Assembly: GCA_963799485.1 (NCBI GenBank)
Contig: CAWCXJ010000006.1
Coordinates: 192,001 to 256,000, forward strand
DNA length: 64,000 nucleotides
DNA from: an uncultured Trueperaceae bacterium
GTDB taxonomy: Bacteria > Deinococcota > Deinococci > Deinococcales > Trueperaceae
Direction of reading: 5' to 3'
Below are positions 48,425-58,676 of this stretch, piece by piece; the first letter of the stretch is position 1, and each line of letters begins with the position of its first letter. Both the position numbers and the translations under genes were made by a program. The notes beneath the pieces are model-generated. The model made no database searches. It saw only the letters and a list, made by a program, of their open reading frames with translations, and was not told where the DNA came from.

Positions 48425-49672
48425 ATGAACATCTTTCAAGGCACTGCGCTTTTGCTGAGTTTGACGGCGCTTTTTTCGTACCTCAACGCGCGTTTTCTCA
48501 AACTCAATCCGGCGGTCGGTAGCTTGCTGGTCGCGCTCGTGTTGTCGCTCGGGTTGATCGTATTCGGAAATGCAGGGTTTATCGGTAACGCCGAAGGGTT
48601 TTTAGACAGTCTCAACTTCGACGACCTGGTGCTTCAGGGGCTCCTGAGTTTTTTGCTCTTCGCAGGTGCGCTTGGCGTCGATTTAGACCGGCTGAACCGC
48701 CTCAAGTGGCCTGTGCTGACACTTGCTACCGTCGGGGTGGCGGTTTCGACGCTGGTGGTCGGTAGTGCGATGTTCTTTGCGCTCGAGCTGCTGGGTTTTT
48801 CCGTGTCGTACCCCTACGCGCTCCTTTTCGGCGCACTTATCTCACCGACCGACCCGATTGCGGTGATCTCGATCTTAAAGCGGGCGGGCGTGCCGGAAAC
48901 GACGGAAACGCTGATCACCGGCGAATCGCTCTTTAACGACGGTGTAGGCGTGGTCGTTTTTAGCGTGCTGCTGGGCAGCGTCGCTGCGGGTGAACATGGC
49001 GGCGGCGGGCTGAGCGGCGGACTTATCCTTTTCGTTCAGGAAGCGGTCGGGGGCGTAGTCTTTGGAGGCGTGCTGGGGATTATCGCCTTTCGTCTCCTCA
49101 AAAGCATCGACGACTACGCCGCTGAGGTTTTGATTACCCTGGCCGTCGTAACGGGCGGCTACGCGCTGGCGCAAGCGCTGCGCACCTCCGGCCCGCTGGC
49201 GGTCGTGGTTGCAGGTCTCTTGATCGGCAACCGGGGCCGGTTACTTGCGATGTCGGACACGACGCGCACACACCTCGATACCTTTTGGGCCGTGATCGAC
49301 GAGATTTTGAACGCGGTGTTGTTTGTGCTGATCGGGCTCGAGCTACTCGTGCTGGACTTTACCCCGCGCTACCTCTGGGCGATTCTGGTTGCCATCCCGG
49401 TCGTACTCGGCGCACGCTTGTTAAGCGTCAGCGTCCCTATCAACCTGTTTCGGCTGCGCCGGACATTTCAGCCCTATACGGTGCGGCTGATGGTCTGGGG
49501 CGGTCTCCGGGGCGGAATCTCGGTGGCGCTGGCGCTCTCGCTCCCGGCGAGTTCTGAGCGCGACCTGCTGATCGCGCTGACCTACGGGGTCGTGGTCTTT
49601 GCGGTGTTGGTGCAGGGGCTTACGGTAGGCCGGATTGCAGGGCGGGCCACCAGCGTCGTCGAGTCTAAGTGA
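48425..49672 (+). CDS. CPA1 Na+/H+ antiporter (NhaP-like)
   Basis: FGALISPTDPIAV, GESLFNDGVG, WGGLRGGISVALAL. Confidence 0.92.
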   Translation: MNIFQGTALLLSLTALFSYLNARFLKLNPAVGSLLVALVLSLGLIVFGNAGFIGNAEGFLDSLNFDDLVLQGLLSFLLFAGALGVDLDRLNRLKWPVLTLATVGVAVSTLVVGSAMFFALELLGFSVSYPYALLFGALISPTDPIAVISILKRAGVPETTETLITGESLFNDGVGVVVFSVLLGSVAAGEHGGGGLSGGLILFVQEAVGGVVFGGVLGIIAFRLLKSIDDYAAEVLITLAVVTGGYALAQALRTSGPLAVVVAGLLIGNRGRLLAMSDTTRTHLDTFWAVIDEILNAVLFVLIGLELLVLDFTPRYLWAILVAIPVVLGARLLSVSVPINLFRLRRTFQPYTVRLMVWGGLRGGISVALALSLPASSERDLLIALTYGVVVFAVLVQGLTVGRIAGRATSVVESK

Positions 49673-49718
49673 GGCTGACTTATAGTTATACGTAAGCTTT
49701 GGCTGCTAACTTATAACA

Positions 49719-50162
49719 TTACGAATCAGCTTTTTCCAGGCGCGCCGCTAAAAACCTGATGGCTGCGCCGTAGCCGGCGAAGCCGAGCCCGGTAATGGTT
49801 CCGACGCAGACCGCTGAGAGGTAAGAATGATGCCGAAAGCTTTCGCGAGCGTAAACGTTTGAAATATGCACTTCGACTGCCGGGAGCGCCACGCCTGCAA
49901 CCGCGTCGCGTAAAGCGACCGAGGTATGGGTAAACGCGCCGAGGTTCAGCACCAGCCCGGCCACACCTTCAGTAGCGGCTCCGTGCAACCAGTCGAGCAG
50001 GACGCCTTCGTGGTTGCTCTGACGACAAATAACCTGTACTTCGGCCTCTTCGCCCCAACTTTTGCACCGAGCCTCGAGGTCGGCGAGCGTGGCGCGCCCG
50101 TAAACATCGGGTTCCCGCTTTCCCAGCAAGTTCAGGTTGGGGCCGTTCAAAACTAAAATCAT
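49719..50162 (-). CDS. aroQ: Type II 3-dehydroquinate dehydratase
   Basis: [39 protein letters not shown]. Confidence 0.93.
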   Translation of the reverse strand: MILVLNGPNLNLLGKREPDVYGRATLADLEARCKSWGEEAEVQVICRQSNHEGVLLDWLHGAATEGVAGLVLNLGAFTHTSVALRDAVAGVALPAVEVHISNVYARESFRHHSYLSAVCVGTITGLGFAGYGAAIRFLAARLEKADS

Positions 50163-51227
50163 ACGGAGTCTTTTACAGCGGCTTGCAGATACGCCCAGGC
50201 GTCTTGCAGTTCGCTTTCCTGTACGTCGTCGGCAATGAACGGGCTCACCGATGCGTTTTAGCAGCACCCAGCGCTGTTTTACGCCGTGTTTTTTGTCCCT
50301 GGCGATAAAGGGTAGCAAGGGCTCGAGTGTAATTTCAGGCAGGGGAGACGGCTTAACCCAGTCTACAAACGCCCGTACCCGTTCGGTCTCGTCGGCGTAG
50401 CCCCTGGCTGCCGCGAGTTTTACGGCGAACATCAGGCCGTACGTTACGGCGTCACCGTGAGAGAGCCGGTGGTGGGTGTGAGCCTCGAGCGCGTGCGCCA
50501 ACGTATGCCCCAGATTGAGATACGCCCTTGGGCCGCCTTCACGTTCATCTTGGGCTACAATGTCAGCCTTGACTTTTACGGAACGCGCAACCGTCGCCGC
50601 TAAAAAGTCAGGTGGCCCGTCCCGGCGAAAGCGGGCGTCGGCTACGTCGTCCAAAAGCTGCGGGTCAGCCAGCAACCCGTGCTTGAACAGCTCGACCGCG
50701 CCGCCGCGAAACTCGCGTTCGGGCAGCGTTGCGAGGGTTGAAACGTCCATCAAAACGGTTTTGGGTTGCCAAAATGCCCCGACCAGATTTTTACCTTCGG
50801 GTAAGTTGACGCCGGTTTTACCGCCGACAGCGGCGTCAACCATCCCTAGTAGCGTCGTAGACAGGGTGTAAAAAGCGATTCCGCGCATGTACGACGCGGC
50901 GACGAATCCGGCTAGGTCGCTCACGACCCCGCCGCCTAAAGCAACCACTGCGCCCTGCCGGGTAAAGCCGTCCGCTGCAAGTCGCCGTAAAAGTGTCTCT
51001 AAAGCCGTGAGTGATTTGCTGTCCTCGCTGGCGGGAACCGTGTAGCGAAAAACTTGACTGCCCGTAGCCGCGAGACTCCCCTGCACCGTGTCTGCGTAAA
51101 GTGGCGCAACCTCTTCGTCGCTGATAAGGGCAACTTTCGGGGCGCGGACGAACTCGCCGGTGCGGGCCAAAAGGCCGGCTTCGGCCCATACGTCGTACGG
51201 CGGCGTCAGGGCGACCGTAAGCTTCAT
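50159..51227 (-). CDS. aroB: 3-dehydroquinate synthase (+1 frameshift at ~50242 in this sequence)
   Basis: [39 protein letters not shown]; natural C-terminus lies in the adjacent frame. Confidence 0.9.
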
Positions 51228-51787
51228 GCTCTCACCTCTTCGTTGTCTTCACGCCACGCCCACAGGCGTTCGACAATCTCTTCGACCACCTGGGCCGACT
51301 GCCGCCCGTCGGTCGAAACCTTGAGGCTCGCCGCCGCGTCGTAGGCCGGGGCGCGCGCTTCGGTAAGTTCGCGGATACGTTCGACCGGGTTGCCGATCTC
51401 AAGGAGGGGCCGCTTGTGTCGCCGCGTGCGTTTGTAGATTGTTTCGGGGCTGGCGACGAGGACGATAACCGGCCCCCGGCTGAGGAGCAGTTTACGGTTT
51501 TCAGAACGCATGACGGTGCCGCCGCCGGTGGAGATGACCACGTCCTCGAGCCGCAAAGACCGCCTTACGACTTCGCTCTCGTACTCCCGAAACACCGCCT
51601 CGCCGTAAAGTTCAAACAGGTCGGGAATCCGCAGGCACGACACGCGTTCGATCACCCGGTCGGTGTCGATAAAGTTGAGCCCGAGCCGCCGCGAAAGTTC
51701 CCAGCCGATGCGGCTTTTGCCGGTACCCATAAACCCGGCTAACGCAACCCAGGTGACGGGACGCTCGAGCCGGTAACGTCGGTTCAC
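51224..51787 (-). CDS. aroK: Shikimate kinase
   Basis: [32 protein letters not shown]. Confidence 0.95.
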   Translation of the reverse strand: MNRRYRLERPVTWVALAGFMGTGKSRIGWELSRRLGLNFIDTDRVIERVSCLRIPDLFELYGEAVFREYESEVVRRSLRLEDVVISTGGGTVMRSENRKLLLSRGPVIVLVASPETIYKRTRRHKRPLLEIGNPVERIRELTEARAPAYDAAASLKVSTDGRQSAQVVEEIVERLWAWREDNEEVRA

Positions 51788-51798
51788 CGCCCACGCCC

Positions 51799-52953
51799 CT
51801 AAAATGCGGCGGCGTAACGGCGGTGTGCTTCGGCGCGTTCTTTGATCTCGCGCACGGTATCGGCTCCGAACTTTTCCATCACCGCGTCGGCTAACACCAG
51901 GGCGCTCATCGCCAGTACGACAATCGACGCGGCGGGCACGGCGGTGGTGTCGCTCCGTTCGCGGGCAGCGTCGGCGGCTTCATGTGTGGTTACGTCAACC
52001 GTCGGCAGCGGCGTCATCAGCGTGGCAATCGGCTTCATCGCAGCTCGCACCACGAGGTCTTCGCCGGTGGTCATGCCCGCTTCCAAGCCACCCGCCCGGT
52101 TCGTCTCGCGGTAGTAGCCCCGTTCACCGTGATAAATCGCGTCGTGAACCTGACTGCCGGGGCTCATCGCGGCGCTCCAGCCGTCGCCGATTTCAACACC
52201 TTTGATGGCCTGAATGCTCATCGCCGCCTGCGCCAAACGCCCGTCGAGCTTACGGTCCCACTGCGTATGGCTGCCGAGGCCCATCGGAAGTCCCCGAAAC
52301 CGCGCCTCGACAACCCCACCGAGCGTATCGCCATCTCGTTTGGCTTCGTCGATGCGGGCAATGATGCGCGCTTCGGCGTCTTTATCGAAGGTGCGCAGCG
52401 GGCTTTCGTCGAGCGCGTCCAGATTGTTCCAGTCCAGCTCGCCGTCACACGGAATGCCGCCCAGCGAGACCATCCGGGCGCACACTTTGACGCCGATACT
52501 TTCCAAAATCTGCACCGCGACTGCGCCCGCCGCGACGCGGCTCGCGGTTTCACGGGCCGAGGCGCGCTCTAAAACGTCCCGCAGGTCTTTATGGTCGTAT
52601 TTGACGCCGCCGGTCAGGTCGGCGTGACCGGGGCGGGCGGCGGTCAAGGCTTTTTTACGGGGTTCACCGCCGGGTAAGGGCGACATGATCTCTGTCCAGT
52701 TACGCCAGTCGCGGTTTTCAATCTGGAGGCTGAGGGGTGCGCCCGTGGTGCGTCCGGCGCGGACGCCCGAGAGAATGGTGGCGGCGTCGGTTTCGATGAC
52801 CATCCGGCGGCCTCGTCCGTAACCCCCTTGACGGCGGCGGAGCCAGGGGTCGATGTGGTCGCCGGCAACGAGCGCCAGCCCTGCCGGAACGCCGTCTAAC
52901 ATAACGGTCAAAGCGGGGCCGTGCGACTCACCGGCGGAGAGAAATCTAAGCAT
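51799..52953 (-). CDS. aroC: Chorismate synthase
   Basis: AGESHG, RRQGGYGRGRRM, RPGHAD, ERASARET, MKPIATL. Confidence 0.97.
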   Translation of the reverse strand: MLRFLSAGESHGPALTVMLDGVPAGLALVAGDHIDPWLRRRQGGYGRGRRMVIETDAATILSGVRAGRTTGAPLSLQIENRDWRNWTEIMSPLPGGEPRKKALTAARPGHADLTGGVKYDHKDLRDVLERASARETASRVAAGAVAVQILESIGVKVCARMVSLGGIPCDGELDWNNLDALDESPLRTFDKDAEARIIARIDEAKRDGDTLGGVVEARFRGLPMGLGSHTQWDRKLDGRLAQAAMSIQAIKGVEIGDGWSAAMSPGSQVHDAIYHGERGYYRETNRAGGLEAGMTTGEDLVVRAAMKPIATLMTPLPTVDVTTHEAADAARERSDTTAVPAASIVVLAMSALVLADAVMEKFGADTVREIKERAEAHRRYAAAF

Positions 52954-52996
52954 ACTACGAGCTTAGCACGCCCCCTCGAGGCGGATTTTTTGGGGG

Positions 52997-54706
52997 TTAC
53001 TCGAGGACGTTCGCGGTGACGATAACGAGCAGTTCGGTTTTGGTTTCTTGCTTGTTACTGGACGAAAACAGGTTTCCGACGATAGGTACGTCGCCGAGTC
53101 CGGGAACTTTACGGCTGGCGTCGGTAAGTTCGTTTTGTAATAAGCCGCCGAGTACCACGGTTTGTCCGGGTTTTAAGGAGACTCGAGAGGTGAGGTTTCT
53201 GGTTGATAACTCCAAAAAGTTTGGATTGTCCGTTTCGGAGATAACTGCGTCAACCCTGCCAGTTACATCCAAAATAATCTCATCATTATTGGTGATTTGC
53301 GGAGTGAGATCAATCTGAACACCGTAGGGTATAGTGCGCTCAATATTTGCATCTGCACCGGGAATACTGATATAGATTGTTCCACCAGCTTGTAGAGTCG
53401 CCTCGCCGTTGTTTAGTACAGTGATGTTGCTGTCGTCTACTCGGCGCGATAGCCCCTGCCGTTCAAAAGCATCCAAGACAGCGCCCAAGTTGAACCCCGA
53501 GACTGCCTTTTGTGCGTCGAAGATGAAGCTTAAGCCGCTCGTATCATCCCCTGAAAAAAGGCTGGTCGTGAAATTGCCGATTGCTGAGATCAAATCGATG
53601 CCGAGCCTCTCAGTTACGTCGCTTGTAACCTCTTGGATGCGAACTTGTACGTTGACCTGCCTCTCTGGTTGGTCGAGTTCCCCGATAAGCCTTGCGATTT
53701 CTGCTTGAACCCTTTCCGAACCGAAGACAAGGATGCGGTTTGTTCTAGGGTCTGGCGTTACTACTAACTCACCTTCTGCAAAGCTCGCAGCTACTGCGGC
53801 TTGTCCAGATGTGCTAGGTGTGGAAACGTTGGTTGTTGCACCGTTGCCTGTTGCACCGTTGCCTGTTGTCGTTGCTGCATTTTCTGGGTTGGTTGCTACG
53901 TTACCACCTGAAAGAGTCGTCGTTGTAGCTGGCGCCGCAGGTACAGCAGGTTGAGACGCTTGGAAAATAGTTGCAATATCCTCAGCCCTAGCATAAGAAA
54001 GTGCATAAACGCGACGTACTTTTGTCTCATTTACAGCGTTGAAAGGTCTGAGCAGCTTTGCTATGCGGGCTTGTTGACTGATAGAGGCGCGGACTGATAA
54101 CGCACCTAGCTGCTCGAAAGGAATTACGGTTATGTTGCTACCTCTTGGGAACTGACTCGTTAGATAAGATGCTAATTGACTAAGGGCGCTGTCATCTCCA
54201 GAAGCGCCAGCACTGCCGCCTGCACTAGGGACTTTGTAAGTTCTCAAGACCGTTGGTTGCTGTATATCGTTCCGCTGGGGTTGCAAGCTGGCTAAAACGT
54301 CAGGTGGCCCGACGACCACGATGTCGTCGCCCCGTAAAACGTACTCGAGGCCGTTTAACGTCAAGACGATATCCCACACTTCACGAAACGGCTTGGGTTC
54401 GCTCAGGTTATAGCGGCCCACCGCGTCAGCCGGGATGCCCTGGGTAATCGCACTCAGGCCCACCGAGCGGGCGAGCGCCTGAACCAGCGCGTCTAAAGAT
54501 TCTCCGGCAGGGCGAGTACGCAGGTCGACATTCTGGTTGAACTGCGCGGTGTCGGGCAAAGGCGCGAGCTGGACTTGTGCGGGCGCTGCTAAAGCGGACG
54601 CGGCAGCCGCGGGCGTCGCGTTTTGTGCAGCGGCGCTCACGGCGCACGCAAGCACAACGAGGGCAAGCAAGGTCGGGCGGGGGGAGATAGGGGGGTGTCT
54701 TCTCAT
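52997..54706 (-). CDS. pilQ: Type IV pilus/competence secretin
   Basis: YALSYARAE, DPRTNRILV, QVNVQVRIQEV, VVLGGLLQ, KVPGLGDVPIVGNLF. Confidence 0.9.
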   Translation of the reverse strand: MRRHPPISPRPTLLALVVLACAVSAAAQNATPAAAASALAAPAQVQLAPLPDTAQFNQNVDLRTRPAGESLDALVQALARSVGLSAITQGIPADAVGRYNLSEPKPFREVWDIVLTLNGLEYVLRGDDIVVVGPPDVLASLQPQRNDIQQPTVLRTYKVPSAGGSAGASGDDSALSQLASYLTSQFPRGSNITVIPFEQLGALSVRASISQQARIAKLLRPFNAVNETKVRRVYALSYARAEDIATIFQASQPAVPAAPATTTTLSGGNVATNPENAATTTGNGATGNGATTNVSTPSTSGQAAVAASFAEGELVVTPDPRTNRILVFGSERVQAEIARLIGELDQPERQVNVQVRIQEVTSDVTERLGIDLISAIGNFTTSLFSGDDTSGLSFIFDAQKAVSGFNLGAVLDAFERQGLSRRVDDSNITVLNNGEATLQAGGTIYISIPGADANIERTIPYGVQIDLTPQITNNDEIILDVTGRVDAVISETDNPNFLELSTRNLTSRVSLKPGQTVVLGGLLQNELTDASRKVPGLGDVPIVGNLFSSSNKQETKTELLVIVTANVLE

Positions 54707-54723
54707 CGCCCCCTAAGGGTAAG

Positions 54724-55866
54724 TCAGGGGGTCAAAAACAGCGTGTGACGAACGTTGTCTTCGGTGAACTGAGCGCCCCGACTCGTGAGGTTGGTGAGAA
54801 CGAGCTCAGTTCCCGGTAGCGCTTCACCGGGTGCCAGCAACAAGGGCGTCGCGTCGTCTCCTACACGGAAAATCGCGGTGCCCGTAGTCATCGCCGTAAA
54901 GTGAACCTGCAGCGCACTGAGGGCGCGGCTGACCCGGTTGCCACCTAAAGATGTGAAATTTCCGTCACCTGCGCTGCCACCAAGACCTAGCGTGCTGAGG
55001 CCGGAACCGAGGGCGACTTGCTGCGCGCCACTCGGGATACGAGCCGCTGCCGCGTTCGGGGCGGGCGCAGTGCCTAAAGGCGTGAGGCTAGGGGGAGTAC
55101 GTACGGCGGCGAGTTCGCTGGCGGGGCCGAGGGCGTTCGCGGAGCCGTTTGGCATATCCAACGCGCGGTCTAGCGGGTTGGCGCTCAGGTCGGCTGTGAG
55201 GGGTACGGTCGTCCGCAGGTTCGCTGCAAGACTCCGCGGCAGGGCCGGTCTACCCACGCGCGCTTGCGGCAAGGGAACCTCTACTGTGGGGGCTGGTGCG
55301 GCTACTGTGGGGGCTGGTGCGGCGGCGGCAGGCGCGGGCGCTGTCTCCTGAACGGGCGGCGCGGCAACGGCGGGTGGTGCTGCAGGTTGCGCTGCTGCCG
55401 GCGGCGCGGGTGCGGCTTGCCGGGGCGGTTGGGGGAGCAGCAGCGGTGAAAACGGGTTGAGCAGGCTATCGTTTCCACCTGTTACGGGTACGGGTATCTC
55501 TACGTCACTTTCTGCTGCCGGAGGCTCGGTCACGAGCAGCGGCAGTTCTTCGACCGCGACGCCACGGGCGACTGCCGGGGTTGCGGGTTCCGGGAGCAGC
55601 GGCAAGACGCCGCCACTGACCTCGGTATCGGGATTTTGAGCCGGCAGGAGGGGCAGCACGCCGCCACTGACCTCCGGGCTTTCAGCTGGGTTTGAAGCTG
55701 TACCGGAAGCTTCAGGCGGTGCGGCAGAGCTGTCATCAGGTATTTCTACGGGTATCGTCCCTGCCGGAGTCTGGACAGGTGAGGTCGCAAGAGCTGCGCT
55801 GCCTAGCGGCGCGGCCCCTACCACGGTCAAAAGAGCGCTCAGGAGTACGGTGCGAGTGAAAAGCAT
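54724..55866 (-). CDS. Pro/Ala-rich pilus assembly protein (position of PilW/PilP)
   Basis: Lies between pilO and pilQ; signal peptide; NPFSPL motif; EVSGGVLPLLP repeated twice. Confidence 0.65.
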   Translation of the reverse strand: MLFTRTVLLSALLTVVGAAPLGSAALATSPVQTPAGTIPVEIPDDSSAAPPEASGTASNPAESPEVSGGVLPLLPAQNPDTEVSGGVLPLLPEPATPAVARGVAVEELPLLVTEPPAAESDVEIPVPVTGGNDSLLNPFSPLLLPQPPRQAAPAPPAAAQPAAPPAVAAPPVQETAPAPAAAAPAPTVAAPAPTVEVPLPQARVGRPALPRSLAANLRTTVPLTADLSANPLDRALDMPNGSANALGPASELAAVRTPPSLTPLGTAPAPNAAAARIPSGAQQVALGSGLSTLGLGGSAGDGNFTSLGGNRVSRALSALQVHFTAMTTGTAIFRVGDDATPLLLAPGEALPGTELVLTNLTSRGAQFTEDNVRHTLFLTP

Positions 55867-56531
55867 TATTGCACCTCCTCCAAAGTGGCTGCCGGGGCTG
55901 CGTTGGGATCGAGAGGCACGCCGTCTGTGCCGCTGCCCGTATAAACGTAGACCGTAAAGTCGTAGGTGGCCCCCAAGGTCGGGTCGGCGCTTTCGTCGGT
56001 GGCGACGTTTAGCCCGACGCGCTGCACCCTGGTAAAGCGGGGAAGCGCCTCGAGCGAACGTAAAAACGCAATCGTGCGGGCGTAGTTGCCTTCGGTGGCG
56101 AGCGTAAAGTTGAGCAACCGGACGCCGGGGACGATTTCATTGCCCGGCCCGCCGTTTTGTAGTCCGACAAAGCCGACATTCGCGTCACGGGCGGCGCTGC
56201 GGAGTTGATCGAGCAGCTCGGCGACCTCGTTTGCTTCAGGGAGCTGGGCCAAAAACACGTCACGTTCTTCTTTGAGCCGGGTAACTTCGGCGCGCAGCGC
56301 GGGTAAGTTGGCGCGCGCCGCGCGGCCCAAGGCGATGTCGGCCTCGAGCGCCCCGTTTTCGCTGCTGAGCTGTTCGATCTGAGCCTGGGTCGGGGTATAG
56401 AGGTAAAAGTACCAGAGCAGCCCGAGGAGCACGGAAACGCTAAGCGCAACGAGCGCCAGTTCGCGCCCGCGGAGTTTGAAACCACCCGCACTGCCGCCCG
56501 CACTGGCGCCGAATCTGAGTTTGGCGAGCAT
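55866..56531 (-). CDS. pilO: Type IV pilus assembly protein PilO
   Basis: TM plus coiled coil; QLPEANEVAELL, GNYARTIAFLRSLEALPRF. Confidence 0.85.
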   Translation of the reverse strand: MLAKLRFGASAGGSAGGFKLRGRELALVALSVSVLLGLLWYFYLYTPTQAQIEQLSSENGALEADIALGRAARANLPALRAEVTRLKEERDVFLAQLPEANEVAELLDQLRSAARDANVGFVGLQNGGPGNEIVPGVRLLNFTLATEGNYARTIAFLRSLEALPRFTRVQRVGLNVATDESADPTLGATYDFTVYVYTGSGTDGVPLDPNAAPAATLEEVQ

Positions 56532-56532
56532 C

Positions 56533-57213
56533 TTATTCCTCTCCTGCACTATCGTTTTGCGGGCTACCGGTCTGGGCCGTTTGCTCGGTCTTGGGCCCGT
56601 CTAGCTGCGCCGCGCCAATCGTCAGGTTGAAGTTATAAAACTTCGTCTCCGGGTCTTGGGACAAGTCGCCCAAAGAGACGGCGAAGTTAGGCGCGCTCTG
56701 CAGTTCGCGGATATAGTCGGCGACGACCTCTGAACTGCCGGCAATGCCGGAGACGTTCATTTCAGCTACCGCCTCGAGCCCTTCATAAGTGTCCGTACTG
56801 ACAAGCTGGGCGCTCGTCGCCTCATCGAGGGCGCGCATCTCGAGCGCCGTAAACGCCATTCGTGACCCGACGTTGGGGCCGGGTGAGGGGCGCGTCTCGA
56901 GCATCGCGTAAAGCTGCCGCGACCAGAAGATACGGCCCGTCCTGACCGATTCGGCGACGCTTTCGATGCCGGCGAGGCTGCTGCGTTCGGCCTCGAGCGC
57001 GGCCTGTTCATCGACGAAGGGTTGCAAGACGGCTTTTTCATTTCTGAGTTGCACGCCTTGCTCGGTAAGGCGGCCTTTTTCGCTTACGACCTGCAGCTGT
57101 AAAAAGCCGCACGTGACCAAAACGACGACCGGCACGGCGACGGCGACGCCTTTCCACGGATCGACGTGCTTGCGGCGGCGCAGGGTTTTGGGGAGGAGGT
57201 TGACGTTAATCAA
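56533..57213 (-). CDS. pilN: Type IV pilus assembly protein PilN
   Basis: INVNLLP motif, TM, coiled coil. Confidence 0.88.
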   Translation of the reverse strand: MINVNLLPKTLRRRKHVDPWKGVAVAVPVVVLVTCGFLQLQVVSEKGRLTEQGVQLRNEKAVLQPFVDEQAALEAERSSLAGIESVAESVRTGRIFWSRQLYAMLETRPSPGPNVGSRMAFTALEMRALDEATSAQLVSTDTYEGLEAVAEMNVSGIAGSSEVVADYIRELQSAPNFAVSLGDLSQDPETKFYNFNLTIGAAQLDGPKTEQTAQTGSPQNDSAGEE

Positions 57214-58384
57214 GGCCGATGGCTCCTCTCAGGGCGAGTCCCAACGGCACACCGAACTCGGGGGCGATACTCTCCAGATACGACGCTTCGTAACGGTCAC
57301 CTTGAACGATGCTCAGCCAGGGGTCGCCGAATTCGACCTTAAAGCCGAGCGAGCGACCGATGGCCTCGTCCAACCTGCGCAGTTTGGAGCCGCCGCCTGA
57401 GAGGTACATCTGGGTGATGCTCGCGTCGCCGGACTGAACCCGAAAAAACTCCAAGCTCCGGCGAATTTCGGTGGTGAGGTCGCTCAAAGTCGGGCGGAGC
57501 GCTTCATAAACGCGCACGGGTGAAAAGCGCTCGTTTCGCACTTCGGTCGAGAGCGACGCTTCGGCTTCGTTAGGCATCACCGCGCTGCCGTATATCACCT
57601 TGACCTCTTCGGCGGTATCGAAATCCAAACCGAACGCCCGCTGCAGGGCGCTGGTAAAATCGTCGCCCGCAACACCTAAATTGCGGTTCATCACGACCCG
57701 TTCGCCGCGCACGAGCGTGACGGTGCTGCTCGAGGCCCCAATCTCTAAAATCGCGCCGATCTCACCCTCTGCGGTGTATTTATCGTCAAAAATCGTGGTG
57801 CGGTTAAAGCGTTCCCCTTGCAGCGAGCCTTTAAGTGAGCGCAAGAGCGCAAAGGGTTTGATGTCGATGACGGTGGGCTCGAGTCCCGCTTTTTTGAGCC
57901 CTTCGGTCAGCTGCGCCACCATATCGAGGCGCGCGGCGGCGATCACGACTTCGACGTCGCTGCCGTCCGGCACGTCGCTCGGGTTGTCCAGAATATAGTG
58001 ATCCATCGCTACTTCGTCGAGCGGGAAGGGAATGTAGCGCTCGGCTTCCCAGGGAACGGCCTTCTCGAGGTCTTTCAAGGGCATCTTCGGCACGTGAATG
58101 TTGCGGGTTATTGCCAGGCGGTTACTCACCGCTGTTACCACAAAGCGGCGGCTGATGCCGGCGTCCTTAAAGAGCGCGCCGAGTTCGGCGGCGAGGGCTT
58201 CGGCGTCGATGATCTGGTCGTCTTGTACCAAACCGGGGGGTAGGGGCCGCATGGCGAGCGCCGCGAGCTGCGGCGGGGTGCCGCCCCGAAGCTCGATCAC
58301 CTTGAGGCTACTCGTACCGATCTCGAGCCCGACCGCGACGGTTCGTGGGTTAAAAAGATTTGTCAGCCTAGACCAGTTCACCAA
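57206..58384 (-). CDS. pilM: Type IV pilus assembly protein PilM
   Basis: GLEIGTSSLK, EAERYIPFPLDE, EIRRSLEFF, LSGGGSKL, GLALRG. Confidence 0.93.
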   Translation of the reverse strand: MVNWSRLTNLFNPRTVAVGLEIGTSSLKVIELRGGTPPQLAALAMRPLPPGLVQDDQIIDAEALAAELGALFKDAGISRRFVVTAVSNRLAITRNIHVPKMPLKDLEKAVPWEAERYIPFPLDEVAMDHYILDNPSDVPDGSDVEVVIAAARLDMVAQLTEGLKKAGLEPTVIDIKPFALLRSLKGSLQGERFNRTTIFDDKYTAEGEIGAILEIGASSSTVTLVRGERVVMNRNLGVAGDDFTSALQRAFGLDFDTAEEVKVIYGSAVMPNEAEASLSTEVRNERFSPVRVYEALRPTLSDLTTEIRRSLEFFRVQSGDASITQMYLSGGGSKLRRLDEAIGRSLGFKVEFGDPWLSIVQGDRYEASYLESIAPEFGVPLGLALRGAIGLD

Positions 58385-58513
58385 GTCCCCTCCAGAACAC
58401 CGTTACGCTAGCAGTTGCCTAGGGCCGGAGAGATAAAGTTTTTCGCGTTTTGAGATTTAACTTCGGAGTGTAGCACGCTTCACAAGCCGGCTCGGGTCAA
58501 AGCGCACGAAAAA

Positions 58514-58583
58514 CAGCAACGAGTACCGAGCAGTGAGGGTTAAAGCTTTCAACTCGTTACTCATGGCTGTTTGTTCGTTGCTG
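58514..58583. repeat. Heptamer-built palindromic element C
   Basis: CAGCAACGAGTA...TGTTCGTTGCTG arms; GAGTACCGAGCAGTGAG matches element B at 16/17. Confidence 0.65.
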
Positions 58584-58676
58584 CGTTACTGCCGACACGC
58601 GCTTTAGGCCCCAAAGAGGCGTATGATGGGCCCACAAGCGCCGCTTGGCGCGGCTGTAGAGAGTTGTGGAGGCCAT

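Noticed and set aside
58628..58676. Hairpin that could sequester the pdxS SD (GGCCCACAA...TTGTGGAGGCC), suggesting a B6-responsive RNA
   Set aside because: The TATGAT -10 at 58622 puts the TSS near 58634, so most of the 5' arm would not be transcribed
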